A stretch of 62,770 nucleotides of DNA. Origin: Planctomycetaceae bacterium. Lineage in GTDB: Bacteria; Planctomycetota; Planctomycetia; Planctomycetales; Planctomycetaceae. A program made the position numbers and the translations under genes. Each line of letters starts with the position of its first letter. Position 1 is the first letter of the stretch. Positions 18,103 to 26,812 of the stretch are shown piece after piece. Below the pieces are notes generated by a model that did no database searches, was not told where the DNA came from, and was given only the letters and a program-made list of their open reading frames with translations. The stretch spans positions 1 through 62,770 of the forward strand of contig JAGQPY010000002.1 of NCBI GenBank assembly GCA_020426485.1, written 5' to 3'.

Positions 18103-19108
18103 TTTCCTTGTCGGGCGTTTCGTCGATCAGCCGCTGCACAACTTTATCTGAGGTGATGCCCTCACTTTCTGCGGTGAAGTTGGGAGTGATGCGATGTCTC
18201 ATCACGGGAGCGGCCAGAGCCTTGATGTCGTCTGTGGAGACATGGGTACGCCCCGACAGCAGCGCCCTCGCTTTGGCGCCCAGCAGCAGGTTCTGAACGG
18301 CTCGCGGTCCTGCACCCCAGGCCAGCCACGAATTAATCCATTCCGGCGTCCCCGGTTCGCCCACGCGTGTCTGACGAACGATCGCCAGAGTGTAGTTAAT
18401 GACATGATCGGTCACGGGGACCTGACGCACCACGTCCTGAATTTCAAGGACCTGTTCGGCAGAAAGGACAGGTGTGATTTCGACCTTTCCACTGGATGTC
18501 GTTTGCCGGGCAATCTGACGCTCTTCCTCGAACGACGGATACTTCACGAAGACCTTGAACATGAACCGGTCCTGCTGAGCTTCCGGCAGTGAATAGGTAC
18601 CTTCCTGTTCGATGGGGTTTTGGGTGGCCAGGACGAAAAAAGGTTCGTTCAACTGATGGATGGTCTGCCCAACAGTTACCTGACGTTCCTGCATGGCTTC
18701 CAGCAGGGCGGCCTGAGTCTTGGGGGGAGTTCGGTTGATTTCGTCGGCCAGTACCACATTGTGGAACAGCGGACCCTGAATAAACCGAAACTCTCGCTGG
18801 CCTGTACTCCGGTTTTCCTGCAGAACGTCCGTGCCGGTGATGTCGGCCGGCATCAGGTCCGGAGTGAACTGAATTCTGGAAAACGTCATCGACAGGCACC
18901 GGGACAACGTGCTGATCATCAGGGTCTTGGCCAGCCCCGGAACACCTTCCAGCAGGCAGTGACCGCGACTGAACAGCGCGATGAGAAGCTGCTCGATGAC
19001 ATCATTCTGCCCAACGATGACTTTACTGATTTGTTCGTTCAGGCTGGCGTAGGATCGGTGCAGAAGATCCACGGAATCCGCGGAAACACTGGAATTTTCG
19101 TCAGACAT
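18056..19108 (-). CDS. moxR: MoxR-family AAA+ ATPase
   Basis: Walker [15 protein letters not shown]. Walker B and sensor [24 protein letters not shown]. First ATG at 19108; the longest ORF starts at GTG 19123. Confidence 0.95.
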   Translation of the reverse strand: MSDENSSVSADSVDLLHRSYASLNEQISKVIVGQNDVIEQLLIALFSRGHCLLEGVPGLAKTLMISTLSRCLSMTFSRIQFTPDLMPADITGTDVLQENRSTGQREFRFIQGPLFHNVVLADEINRTPPKTQAALLEAMQERQVTVGQTIHQLNEPFFVLATQNPIEQEGTYSLPEAQQDRFMFKVFVKYPSFEEERQIARQTTSSGKVEITPVLSAEQVLEIQDVVRQVPVTDHVINYTLAIVRQTRVGEPGTPEWINSWLAWGAGPRAVQNLLLGAKARALLSGRTHVSTDDIKALAAPVMRHRITPNFTAESEGITSDKVVQRLIDETPDKESELTSDPRLGKIFAA

Positions 19109-19359
19109 TCTTGTCTCCGGCACTGAAAACGGCAGTGCAGGTATGTTGAACCCATGAAGGAATCAGCCGTGTGTTCAGGACGACCCGCAGGATAATATCA
19201 AACTGCGAAGGGTTGAGAATTCACATCAACAGGGGGCGAGCGATTTCCAAAAGATCGATAATCATGGCGATTGCCGGCTTTTCGTCGACATCGGTCCTTT
19301 ACCTGAGGACGTGAAACGCTACATCCGTTCAGGAATGTTCACTGGCTTTCTGTACCTGA

Positions 19360-19566
19360 TCAGCCCGAAATGTCGTGAAGGAAATGGCATTGCGCTGATT
19401 CCTGATCTTCTTCAAACCGGCGGTGGTTCGTTACGACGCCGTTCTGATCAGTGGTGTAGAGGTGGCCTGCCCTGAGACGACAGCGGTCTCCGGATGTCAG
19501 AAAGCGGCCGTTTTTTCCTTCTGTCGCAGGATGTATCCAGTGAAAGTCAGCCCGTTGTTGGGCCAT
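19360..19566 (-). CDS. Possible small ORF (68 aa) downstream of the 349-aa gene; unverified
   Basis: Its ATG lies 27 nt after the upstream stop on the same strand. No recognisable motif. Confidence 0.25.
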   Translation of the reverse strand: MAQQRADFHWIHPATEGKNGRFLTSGDRCRLRAGHLYTTDQNGVVTNHRRFEEDQESAQCHFLHDISG

Positions 19567-19593
19567 CGCTGGGGTGTCGCCAGAGGTTTTTCA

Positions 19594-20643
19594 TCAGCTT
19601 CCATGTTGTCGGTGCAGGTGTTCATGAAAGGCTTCTGTGACGGACGGATAGTCTCCCGCGACATTGTGAACGTTTTGAACATCATCAGGCTTCGCGTACA
19701 GAGCGACAGAAGCTTGCTGTCCATCGGAGGGATACTCAACCGCCGCAGCAGATTCCACGTACAGAAAATCTGCAGAGCGCACGGCCCGAATCTCCGTTCC
19801 CCGGATCGGAATCCAGCGGCTGTTCGGACATTGCAGGCTCGATCGACCGGACAGCAGTTGTTGAAGAGGAATGGGGGCATCGTTGTCGGCTGATGGCAGA
19901 GATTCTTCGATGAGTTCGTCGCCGCAGGGCTCTTTCAGCGATTCCAGAATTGTTGCACAGAGATCACGTGTTCCCGAGATGGTGCCGACTCGTCGCGCTT
20001 CCGTCTGAGCCTGTTGCAGAAAACAGGGGACTCGGATGGTGCATTCCGAAAGCAGCGTCTCAAATCTGTCCGGAATTTCGAACGGCTGCCCTCCGAGGAA
20101 CGTGACAATGTTGAGCCGACCTTCGTACTGCGCTGCAGCTGCTTGATCGTGGCTGTTGTGAACGCAAAGTTCGTCAATGAAGCGCCTGAAGAAAAGCAGC
20201 TCGTCCCTGTCTGAGTCGTCATCAGCGGTTTCGGTGCCGCACAGGCGTTTTGCGGCGGGGGACGCCGGTCCGGAAGGTGGCCACCAAATATGAATCCAGG
20301 CGACGTCTACTGAATGAAGCTGTTTGATGATGTCCTGAATTCCGGTGCCGGCCGCCGGCCGCCAATGGATACGTTCCAGCCATGCAGGCGGTTCTGACGG
20401 ATCACTGTGATTTGCGTTCACTTCCAACAGAGCAAAACGAATCCTTTGGCGGTTGAACAGTTGTTGAAACTGGTTGGAGAACAGCGGATCGTTCAACAGT
20501 TCCAGCGGAGAACTGCTGCCAGGGGTCTGCAGATAGTGCTGGTCACAGGAGATGCCCTTGACCGCCATTTCCGCAAGAAAATCCTTCCAGCGTTCCGTTT
20601 CCGCAACCGGAATTCGACTTCCTGTCAGTACGCAGACCTTCAA
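19594..20643 (-). CDS. Hypothetical cytoplasmic protein with a sulfatase-like C-terminal pattern but no sulfatase N-terminal motifs
   Basis: 349-aa ORF with a TTG start and no signal peptide. RVPCFL...DLCATILESL...ALYAKPDDVQNVHNVAGDYPSV resembles sulfatase C-terminal blocks. No C/SxPxR motif seen. Confidence 0.65.
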   Translation of the reverse strand: MKVCVLTGSRIPVAETERWKDFLAEMAVKGISCDQHYLQTPGSSSPLELLNDPLFSNQFQQLFNRQRIRFALLEVNANHSDPSEPPAWLERIHWRPAAGTGIQDIIKQLHSVDVAWIHIWWPPSGPASPAAKRLCGTETADDDSDRDELLFFRRFIDELCVHNSHDQAAAAQYEGRLNIVTFLGGQPFEIPDRFETLLSECTIRVPCFLQQAQTEARRVGTISGTRDLCATILESLKEPCGDELIEESLPSADNDAPIPLQQLLSGRSSLQCPNSRWIPIRGTEIRAVRSADFLYVESAAAVEYPSDGQQASVALYAKPDDVQNVHNVAGDYPSVTEAFHEHLHRQHGS

Positions 20644-20697
20644 AATTAACCTCAGTCGTTGGGCACTGGTAAGAGTACTGCTTTTGAAATCGATCTG

Positions 20698-22281
20698 TCA
20701 GTCCTGCAGCATCGTTCGAAGACGAATCAGCTCCGGCGTGAAAGTCCCCGTCAGGTAGGTCAGTGTCTGGCGTTCATCCGTCTCGCACTTCAGGAGTTCC
20801 GGGCGAATGGCCTGCCACCGTGAGACAATGTCGTCGCAGGCGGATTCTGCATTGCGCTGGTATCGTCGAGTGTGCAGCAGGGCCACCAGCTCACCGCAGC
20901 GTCGCTGAAGATCCTGAGTCTGACTGACCAGTTGTTGTGAAACTCCGCCGTGGGTTCGCCATTGTCGAACGGCAGTCAGCAGTTGATCTGCCTGTCCCTG
21001 AAGACTGGTTGCTGATGCAATGGCGTCGCTGAGATCATATCTGACCGCGATTCCAAGCGTATCTCGCGTAGCGACCAGAGCATCACTGGCCGCCTGAATC
21101 TGTGCCTGAACCTGCGGTGTCGGAATGGCCTGAGTGTAGAAATAGAAAAGCTGCCATGCCTCATCCACGTAGCCCCATGCCTCAGCAACCGCAGTCGCGG
21201 GCTGATCACGGTGTACAAGATCGTCCAGATTCTGAATGGTGCCCTGCAGCGTGTCAGCGGCTGAAGGAATCGCGCCGCCATCCGGAACCCGCATCAGTTG
21301 TTCCAGTGTGATACTTCGGCAGACAGCCTGAACCTGTTCACCGGTTTCATGGATGAAGTGCAGGAGCAGTTCCTTGTCCACTCCCATCTCCAGACGCAGG
21401 AGTTCGTGAATGGACCTGTGACTTTGTGTGACTCGACGTATGCCACGGTCAATATTGTGGCCGGCATAGCCACGCAGCTGAGGTTCCAGCGACTTCCACT
21501 GACTGTAAAGCTTTCGATACTCCGAATGGATCACCTGAAGCGGAACAGAACCGGAAACCAGTGACGCGAAATAATCTGTCTGATGAATCAGTCCTGCAAG
21601 GTTCGATTCCGTCTGGTGATGCTGCCGTCCCGGCACCGGAGCCGTTTCGCTCAGGTCATCCTTCAGTTGCCTCAGCCATGCAGCCAGAGTGTAGACTTCC
21701 TTCGTCAACGCTGTGGAATCGAATTGTTCCCGGATGCCAAGAACCGCGCAGTACTGCTGATCGAGGCCGCTGAGCCGCTGGACGCACGCATTGGTCTGTG
21801 GGCTGAGCCCCGGCAGGTGTTCGAGCTGGTGAGCGACGGTTTTCCATTCTGCATTCAGCGACTTGAACGGCTCATTCAGTTCGCTGTGGTGATGATGGTG
21901 CTCACATTCCTGCTTCACAACAGTGGCGGAAGCCTGAAGCCGAATGACGTCCGGAAGTACTCTGCGCAGCTGGTAACTTCGCTGGGCGTCGGTGTTGACG
22001 AGTGCCGCCAGTGTCGACGCTTCCTGAGCAAAAGTCGCGGAGATGACTCGCAGCTGCTGTAGTTCTCCGGACGGGTTCGGCAGTGGTGCAGGACGTCTTC
22101 CGGGAGAAAGATTGTTCGGCGGCGGTGGGCTCTTCTGCCGCTGCAGCTGAGATTCGACCAGAGCCTTCAGCAGGCCTTTGGCGATGTCTTCACCGGATTG
22201 AGCATACGCGTTTTTCGAAAGAGACAGGCTGCTGATCAGGAGCCCGGCACAGATGATGATTCTACACAGTTCACGGCACAT
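20698..22281 (-). CDS. Secreted helical repeat protein, function unknown
   Basis: 527-aa ORF. Signal peptide MCRELCRIIICAGLLISSLSLSKNAYAQ. A HHHHH run. Four Trp-centred segments recur about every 115 aa. Confidence 0.8.
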   Translation of the reverse strand: MCRELCRIIICAGLLISSLSLSKNAYAQSGEDIAKGLLKALVESQLQRQKSPPPPNNLSPGRRPAPLPNPSGELQQLRVISATFAQEASTLAALVNTDAQRSYQLRRVLPDVIRLQASATVVKQECEHHHHHSELNEPFKSLNAEWKTVAHQLEHLPGLSPQTNACVQRLSGLDQQYCAVLGIREQFDSTALTKEVYTLAAWLRQLKDDLSETAPVPGRQHHQTESNLAGLIHQTDYFASLVSGSVPLQVIHSEYRKLYSQWKSLEPQLRGYAGHNIDRGIRRVTQSHRSIHELLRLEMGVDKELLLHFIHETGEQVQAVCRSITLEQLMRVPDGGAIPSAADTLQGTIQNLDDLVHRDQPATAVAEAWGYVDEAWQLFYFYTQAIPTPQVQAQIQAASDALVATRDTLGIAVRYDLSDAIASATSLQGQADQLLTAVRQWRTHGGVSQQLVSQTQDLQRRCGELVALLHTRRYQRNAESACDDIVSRWQAIRPELLKCETDERQTLTYLTGTFTPELIRLRTMLQD

Positions 22282-22454
22282 TTCAGATCTCCGTTCTCTA
22301 AGACCAGCAGTTTAAAGCGCCACTGGGAAATGACGAATCAGGACGGCGAATCTCTCCCTGAATCGTCTGATCGGTCACTGTCCTTCGTCGGAAGTCCGCA
22401 GAGCACGCTTTGAGAGGTTGATCAGGTGCTGAGGTCTTCAGATAAGTGTCTTTC

Positions 22455-22494
22455 GCCAATCCGGTGATTTGGATTGGCTGGCCTTTTTCGTTTT
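22455..22494 (+). terminator. Plus-strand intrinsic-terminator-like hairpin with a T-tract, in a minus-strand region
   Basis: GCCAATCC (22455-22462) pairs with GGATTGGC (22471-22478). It is followed by TGGCCTTTTTCGTTTT. Confidence 0.4.
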
Positions 22495-22608
22495 GCGACG
22501 GAACTTTCATCGGTCAGGTGTCACAGCACAGGCAGGAATCGTCAGTCGCGAATGTTCGGCGCACGGTTTCCGACAGCGGAACCAGTAACCGCTCCTCAGT
22601 GGTTCCTG

Positions 22609-23637
22609 CTATTTGCTGAGAATCTGACGGACTGTCTCGTTTGCTTCTTTCTGAGCTGCCGCAAGCACATCCGCGACTCGAACGGTGTTGAACCCCTGCC
22701 GCTTGCTCTCGTCCGCTGCTTCCATGAAGGCATAGATCTCGATGGTTTCCTGCGGACTGACGGGAGCTTTCCCGGATCGAAAGAACTTCACGATTTCTTC
22801 CACGAGCGGTGCGTATCCATCATAGCCACCGACGGGACCCACGCCTTTCGTTCCAAAAGCTGTTCCTCCGTAACCGCCCTTTCCGGCTCGAATACCGCGG
22901 AATGTTCCGATCCTTCCGCCAGACCAGGTGCCGGTGACCTGATCGAAGTCCTTCGTCTGAGTTCGGACAACAGTTTCAATCCCCGAGCCCATAGCCGTGA
23001 ATAATGTTTCGACGCCGTGAATACCATACCAGAACAGATCCGGATGAGTAGCCTCCAGAGAACACGGTGAATAGGTGTCACAGCCAGTGACTTCGCCAAG
23101 CGAACCATTGCGGATGGCTTGAACTCCGGATGCGAATCTCAGTGACGAAGACGAGAAGACGGGCGTTCCATAGTGCTCAGCCAGTTTGAAGATTGCGAGG
23201 CCATCGCTGAGTGATCCGGCGATGGGCTTGTCGATAAAACAGGGCTTTCCGGCCTTCAGTACAGGAATGATCTGTTCCAGGTGAGGCCGGCCATCGTTGG
23301 TTTCCAGCAGCACGGCATCGACCATGCTGACCATCGTTGGCAGATCGTCAACAATCTCAACGCCCAGTTTCCGGATTGCTTCCGTATACTCCGGAACTCG
23401 TGAAACGCTGCTCGGGATATCCGGGGAACCCTTGGGGTACACCATCACAACTTTGCACCCCGGAATGTGTTTCGGGTCATCGGCATTGTTCAGAATCTTT
23501 GTGAACGCCAGACAGTGAGAGGTGTCCAGACCAATCATCCCGATCTTCAGGTCTTCGGCAGACACTGAACTGCCGAAGAAGAGACTGACTGTGGTGAGGA
23601 CGACAACGAGCAGCGACGATGGGAGGGGGCTTGGCAT
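22609..23637 (-). CDS. Gfo/Idh/MocA-family oxidoreductase with an N-terminal signal peptide
   Basis: LKIGMIGLDTSHCLAFTKILN Rossmann-type start follows the signal-like MPSPLPSSLLVVVLTTVSLFFGSSVSA. Confidence 0.88.
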   Translation of the reverse strand: MPSPLPSSLLVVVLTTVSLFFGSSVSAEDLKIGMIGLDTSHCLAFTKILNNADDPKHIPGCKVVMVYPKGSPDIPSSVSRVPEYTEAIRKLGVEIVDDLPTMVSMVDAVLLETNDGRPHLEQIIPVLKAGKPCFIDKPIAGSLSDGLAIFKLAEHYGTPVFSSSSLRFASGVQAIRNGSLGEVTGCDTYSPCSLEATHPDLFWYGIHGVETLFTAMGSGIETVVRTQTKDFDQVTGTWSGGRIGTFRGIRAGKGGYGGTAFGTKGVGPVGGYDGYAPLVEEIVKFFRSGKAPVSPQETIEIYAFMEAADESKRQGFNTVRVADVLAAAQKEANETVRQILSK

Positions 23638-23809
23638 GGTTGTGGGTTTCCTGCGGATAGTTGTGGAGTTCAGTGTGAAGACGCCGGGTTACGAGTGGAG
23701 GGGTGTTCTGTGCGAGTGAAGATGTTCCCGCAGATGCTTGTCTGGGCCAGGGGATATGTTTCGTCCGATGCCGGGTCACTGAACAGTCAGCAAGTACTTT
23801 TACCAGGAC

Positions 23810-23834
23810 CGAACCTGAGGTCGTTTCAGGTTCG
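23810..23834 (-). terminator. Perfect 9-bp hairpin downstream of lgt with no clear U-tract
   Basis: CGAACCTGA (23810-23818) pairs with TCAGGTTCG (23826-23834) around a 7-nt loop, about 35 nt after the lgt stop. Confidence 0.3.
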
Positions 23835-23868
23835 AAAGAAGAAGCTCCGGTTGGCCGAAAGTCCCAGT

Positions 23869-24714
23869 CTAACGAACGCCTTCGTGGCACGCATCTGCGA
23901 GCGAAGATCCGGCGGCTGGATCGCACGACGTTTCTGACAAATGTTGCTGATTATCTGTTGAAGCCGAAGAGTCCGGGGTTGCAGAAGCAGGCCGGGAATC
24001 ACGATGTTTCTTTCGATACCGGTTGGCATCGTATTTCCAGAGACCGGCAAACAACACGAAGAAACAGATGCAGGTCCACTGGTACCCCGTCAGTCCCCAT
24101 GTGAGCCGGATTTCAGGTCTCAGGTATTCGGTCAGGAAGCGAAAGACGAAGTAGCTCAGGAAATAGAGTTTGATCAACTGCTCTCGGAAGCAGCCTTTTT
24201 GCAGCAACCTTGCTGCGGTCACCGCGAATGTCAGGTGAAACATGAATTCATAAAACTGCGTCGGATGGCGAGGGTGTGAGTCAACGTTCGGAAATGTGAT
24301 TCCCCACGGCAATTCTGTTGGTAAACCGTAGCAGCACCCGCCAAAAAAACACGCCAGTCGCCCGATGGCAATCGATGCCGCGACAGGGACAACAAACTGG
24401 TCTCCGGTTTTTTCCGTCAGCCCGATGCCCTTTTTGGCGAGTTCCACGCCGATGTATCCGCCCGTCATTCCAAACAGAATGGTTTTGCCTCCAATCCACA
24501 TCCCGTCAGGATTCTGGAATCCCGGAACGCCGGGCAGCAGGAAAGGCACCTTCGCCGCTAGAAATGCGCCGGAAAACGCACCCAGTCCAAGCCAGATCTG
24601 TTCAAATCGATCGAGCCCCGCAGGCGACGGGTATCGTCGCTTCAGGCAAGCGCCGGTGATGACGGCGATCAGCATAATCAGCGGATAGAACTCCGGATGC
24701 CTTCCGCCGACCAT
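23869..24714 (-). CDS. lgt: Prolipoprotein diacylglyceryl transferase
   Basis: Lgt signature PNVDSHPRHPTQFYEF and GGKTILFGMTGGYIG. Polytopic membrane profile. ATG start. Confidence 0.92.
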   Translation of the reverse strand: MVGGRHPEFYPLIMLIAVITGACLKRRYPSPAGLDRFEQIWLGLGAFSGAFLAAKVPFLLPGVPGFQNPDGMWIGGKTILFGMTGGYIGVELAKKGIGLTEKTGDQFVVPVAASIAIGRLACFFGGCCYGLPTELPWGITFPNVDSHPRHPTQFYEFMFHLTFAVTAARLLQKGCFREQLIKLYFLSYFVFRFLTEYLRPEIRLTWGLTGYQWTCICFFVLFAGLWKYDANRYRKKHRDSRPASATPDSSASTDNQQHLSETSCDPAAGSSLADACHEGVR

Positions 24715-24809
24715 GGAAACATTCTTTCGTTGTCTGACAACCGCACGGATCTCGTTTTGTTGTTCGGATGGATTTCTGATGATCGATCAGGAGGTACTCG
24801 CTTTGAGTG

Positions 24810-26333
24810 TCACGTCTGACCAATGATTGTCAGGGGAATCGGTTCAGCCGTTTTAGATTCTGCGCCCGATAACGGTGGCAAAGGAAGATGTCCGTCCCGA
24901 TACAGCACGTTATATGCTGAGAACGGTATGAGATGTCCCGACGGAAGCACAAAGTGGACACATGACTTCATCAGTTGCCGAACATCAAAGTTGTAAGCAT
25001 CCATGAATGAGGTCGTTGTGATGCGAAACATATCGGCGGGGGCCAGCTCCTGCTGCATTGCTCGCTGAAAAAACTCCTGCGCCAGATTCAGTTCAGTTGC
25101 AGAAAGGTCAGAAGTGCCGGCTGTCAGCGTTGAGACTGCTCGACGAGGACCGGTCACGGGTTGCCGGTCAGTTGAAGGTGTAGCGCATCCACCGGAAGTA
25201 CAGCTTTGTCTTGAGAGATACTCCTGAATTAAATCTCTGGCCCGCTGACGGTTGAAGGTGATTCGCCCCGACAACAGATCAAGGTGGTTTTCCAGATCCA
25301 CAAACCGTGCCAGTGGCAGCGAATTCTCCAGACTTCTGTAGGCATAAGCCAGCGTGTGGCCGTTCGGATGAGCACACGGCAGAGGTGAAAAATCAGACTC
25401 TCGCCACAGTCCATCGGTTTGAGTCGACACGGCGTGGATCACATCAGGGAACGTGATCCGCTGTTCCAGATGTTCCGGCAGAATGCACCGGCCGGAATAG
25501 GTGGCGGGCTGAAAACTGACTCCTGTAACCCAGGGGCGCGCCATTCCAAACTTTACGATTTCACCGATCTGGTGCTCGTTGACGCTCGGCTGCAGTGTGC
25601 AGACAAGAATGGTGTTCAGTCCCGCTTTTCCAAGCCGTTCAATGGCTGAAAGCTTGATGTCGAGCAATCGGTCTCCGCGAAGTGAGGCGTTGATGTCATC
25701 CGTGAAGCCGTCAAACTGCAGATAGATTTCGGTGCGATGTCGAAGCCTGGCCACTCGTTCAAGAAACTGGTTGTCTCTGGCAAACCGAATGCCGTTGGTA
25801 TTGATCATCACGATGTCAATCGGCTGACGACACGCGTACTCATGGATTTCGTGAAATTGGGGGTGGACTGTTGGTTCGCCACCGGACAGCTGCAGGATTT
25901 CCGGCTGCCCTTCCACTTCGACCAGTCGATCGATCGCCCTTTGACATTCTTCCAGTGTCAGATTCACGCCGCCAGGTCCACTGACTGCAAAGCACATCGG
26001 GCATTCGAGATTGCAGTTGGCGGTGATTTCCAGCAGCCCAATGCACGTGTGCTGTTCGTGCTCTGTACACAACCCGCAGTCATAGGGACATCCACGTCGC
26101 GGGGCGATTCCGAAGGATCGCGGTACTTTGCCGGGAAGACTGTAGTCCGTTCGGTCAAACCAGCTGGCATCACTGCAGACGAAGTCGTCTCGAACGCCGT
26201 GTTCAGGACACGATTTCCGAAAGTAGACTCGCGAACCGCGACTGATAATTTTCGCCGGGACCACGGTCAGACATTCAGGACACAGACTCTGTGTTGTTCC
26301 CAGAAATGTATAGTCGCGATAGACAGTCATCAT
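24810..26333 (-). CDS. Radical SAM enzyme with an N-terminal zinc-ribbon/rubredoxin-like motif and extra Cys clusters (COG1964 / Tes-GDGT-MAS-like by motif pattern)
   Basis: CPECLTVVPAKIISRGSRVYFRKSCPEHG, then CPYDCGLCTEHEQHTC, then the radical SAM motif ANCNLECPMC and SGGEPT. Tandem ATGs at 26333/26330; the longest ORF runs to 26498 and overlaps the upstream gene. Confidence 0.88.
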   Translation of the reverse strand: MMTVYRDYTFLGTTQSLCPECLTVVPAKIISRGSRVYFRKSCPEHGVRDDFVCSDASWFDRTDYSLPGKVPRSFGIAPRRGCPYDCGLCTEHEQHTCIGLLEITANCNLECPMCFAVSGPGGVNLTLEECQRAIDRLVEVEGQPEILQLSGGEPTVHPQFHEIHEYACRQPIDIVMINTNGIRFARDNQFLERVARLRHRTEIYLQFDGFTDDINASLRGDRLLDIKLSAIERLGKAGLNTILVCTLQPSVNEHQIGEIVKFGMARPWVTGVSFQPATYSGRCILPEHLEQRITFPDVIHAVSTQTDGLWRESDFSPLPCAHPNGHTLAYAYRSLENSLPLARFVDLENHLDLLSGRITFNRQRARDLIQEYLSRQSCTSGGCATPSTDRQPVTGPRRAVSTLTAGTSDLSATELNLAQEFFQRAMQQELAPADMFRITTTSFMDAYNFDVRQLMKSCVHFVLPSGHLIPFSAYNVLYRDGHLPLPPLSGAESKTAEPIPLTIIGQT

Positions 26334-26370
26334 TCCCTCAACTGCTGATATGCCGGGTAAGATGGCACGT

Positions 26371-26715
26371 TCACGCTTTATTTGATTCGTCAAACCGAAT
26401 CGGAGCCTTCGGTGTCGTGGCACTTCGTACCAGCGCTCGCCCCATCCCGATTCCGGCGGCAGTTGCTGCCATCGTGCAGATGATAAGGCCAATCGCAACG
26501 CCCGCTTCCCCGATCTTCAGCATCTGCATCAGAGGAAAGCCGAGAAAGACGACTCCCAGGCAGCTGCAGAAAAACGCACATCCCGCCGCGAACAGTGAGA
26601 CGACCAGAATTCCGATCATTGTCAGGATGCCGGGCCGCTTTCGCTGAGTTTGCGGCGAAGACGCGGACACCGATTCAGGTGGCTGATAGGGATTCTCGAT
26701 GTCGTTCGTGGTCAA
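26371..26715 (-). CDS. Small membrane protein (2-3 TM), unknown function
   Basis: 114-aa ORF with a TTG start. NPYQPPES N-terminus, then ILTMIGILVVSLFAAGCAFFCSCLGVVFLGF and GVAIGLIICTMAATAAGIGMG. Confidence 0.6.
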   Translation of the reverse strand: MTTNDIENPYQPPESVSASSPQTQRKRPGILTMIGILVVSLFAAGCAFFCSCLGVVFLGFPLMQMLKIGEAGVAIGLIICTMAATAAGIGMGRALVRSATTPKAPIRFDESNKA

Positions 26716-26812
26716 GCTCCGTCTCCCGGTCGATTACGAACTCAGAGTGATGTTCAGTTGTCGTCTCACGTCACCGCACTTGAAAGGTCGATTTCAACTT
26801 CTCGATAGGTTT

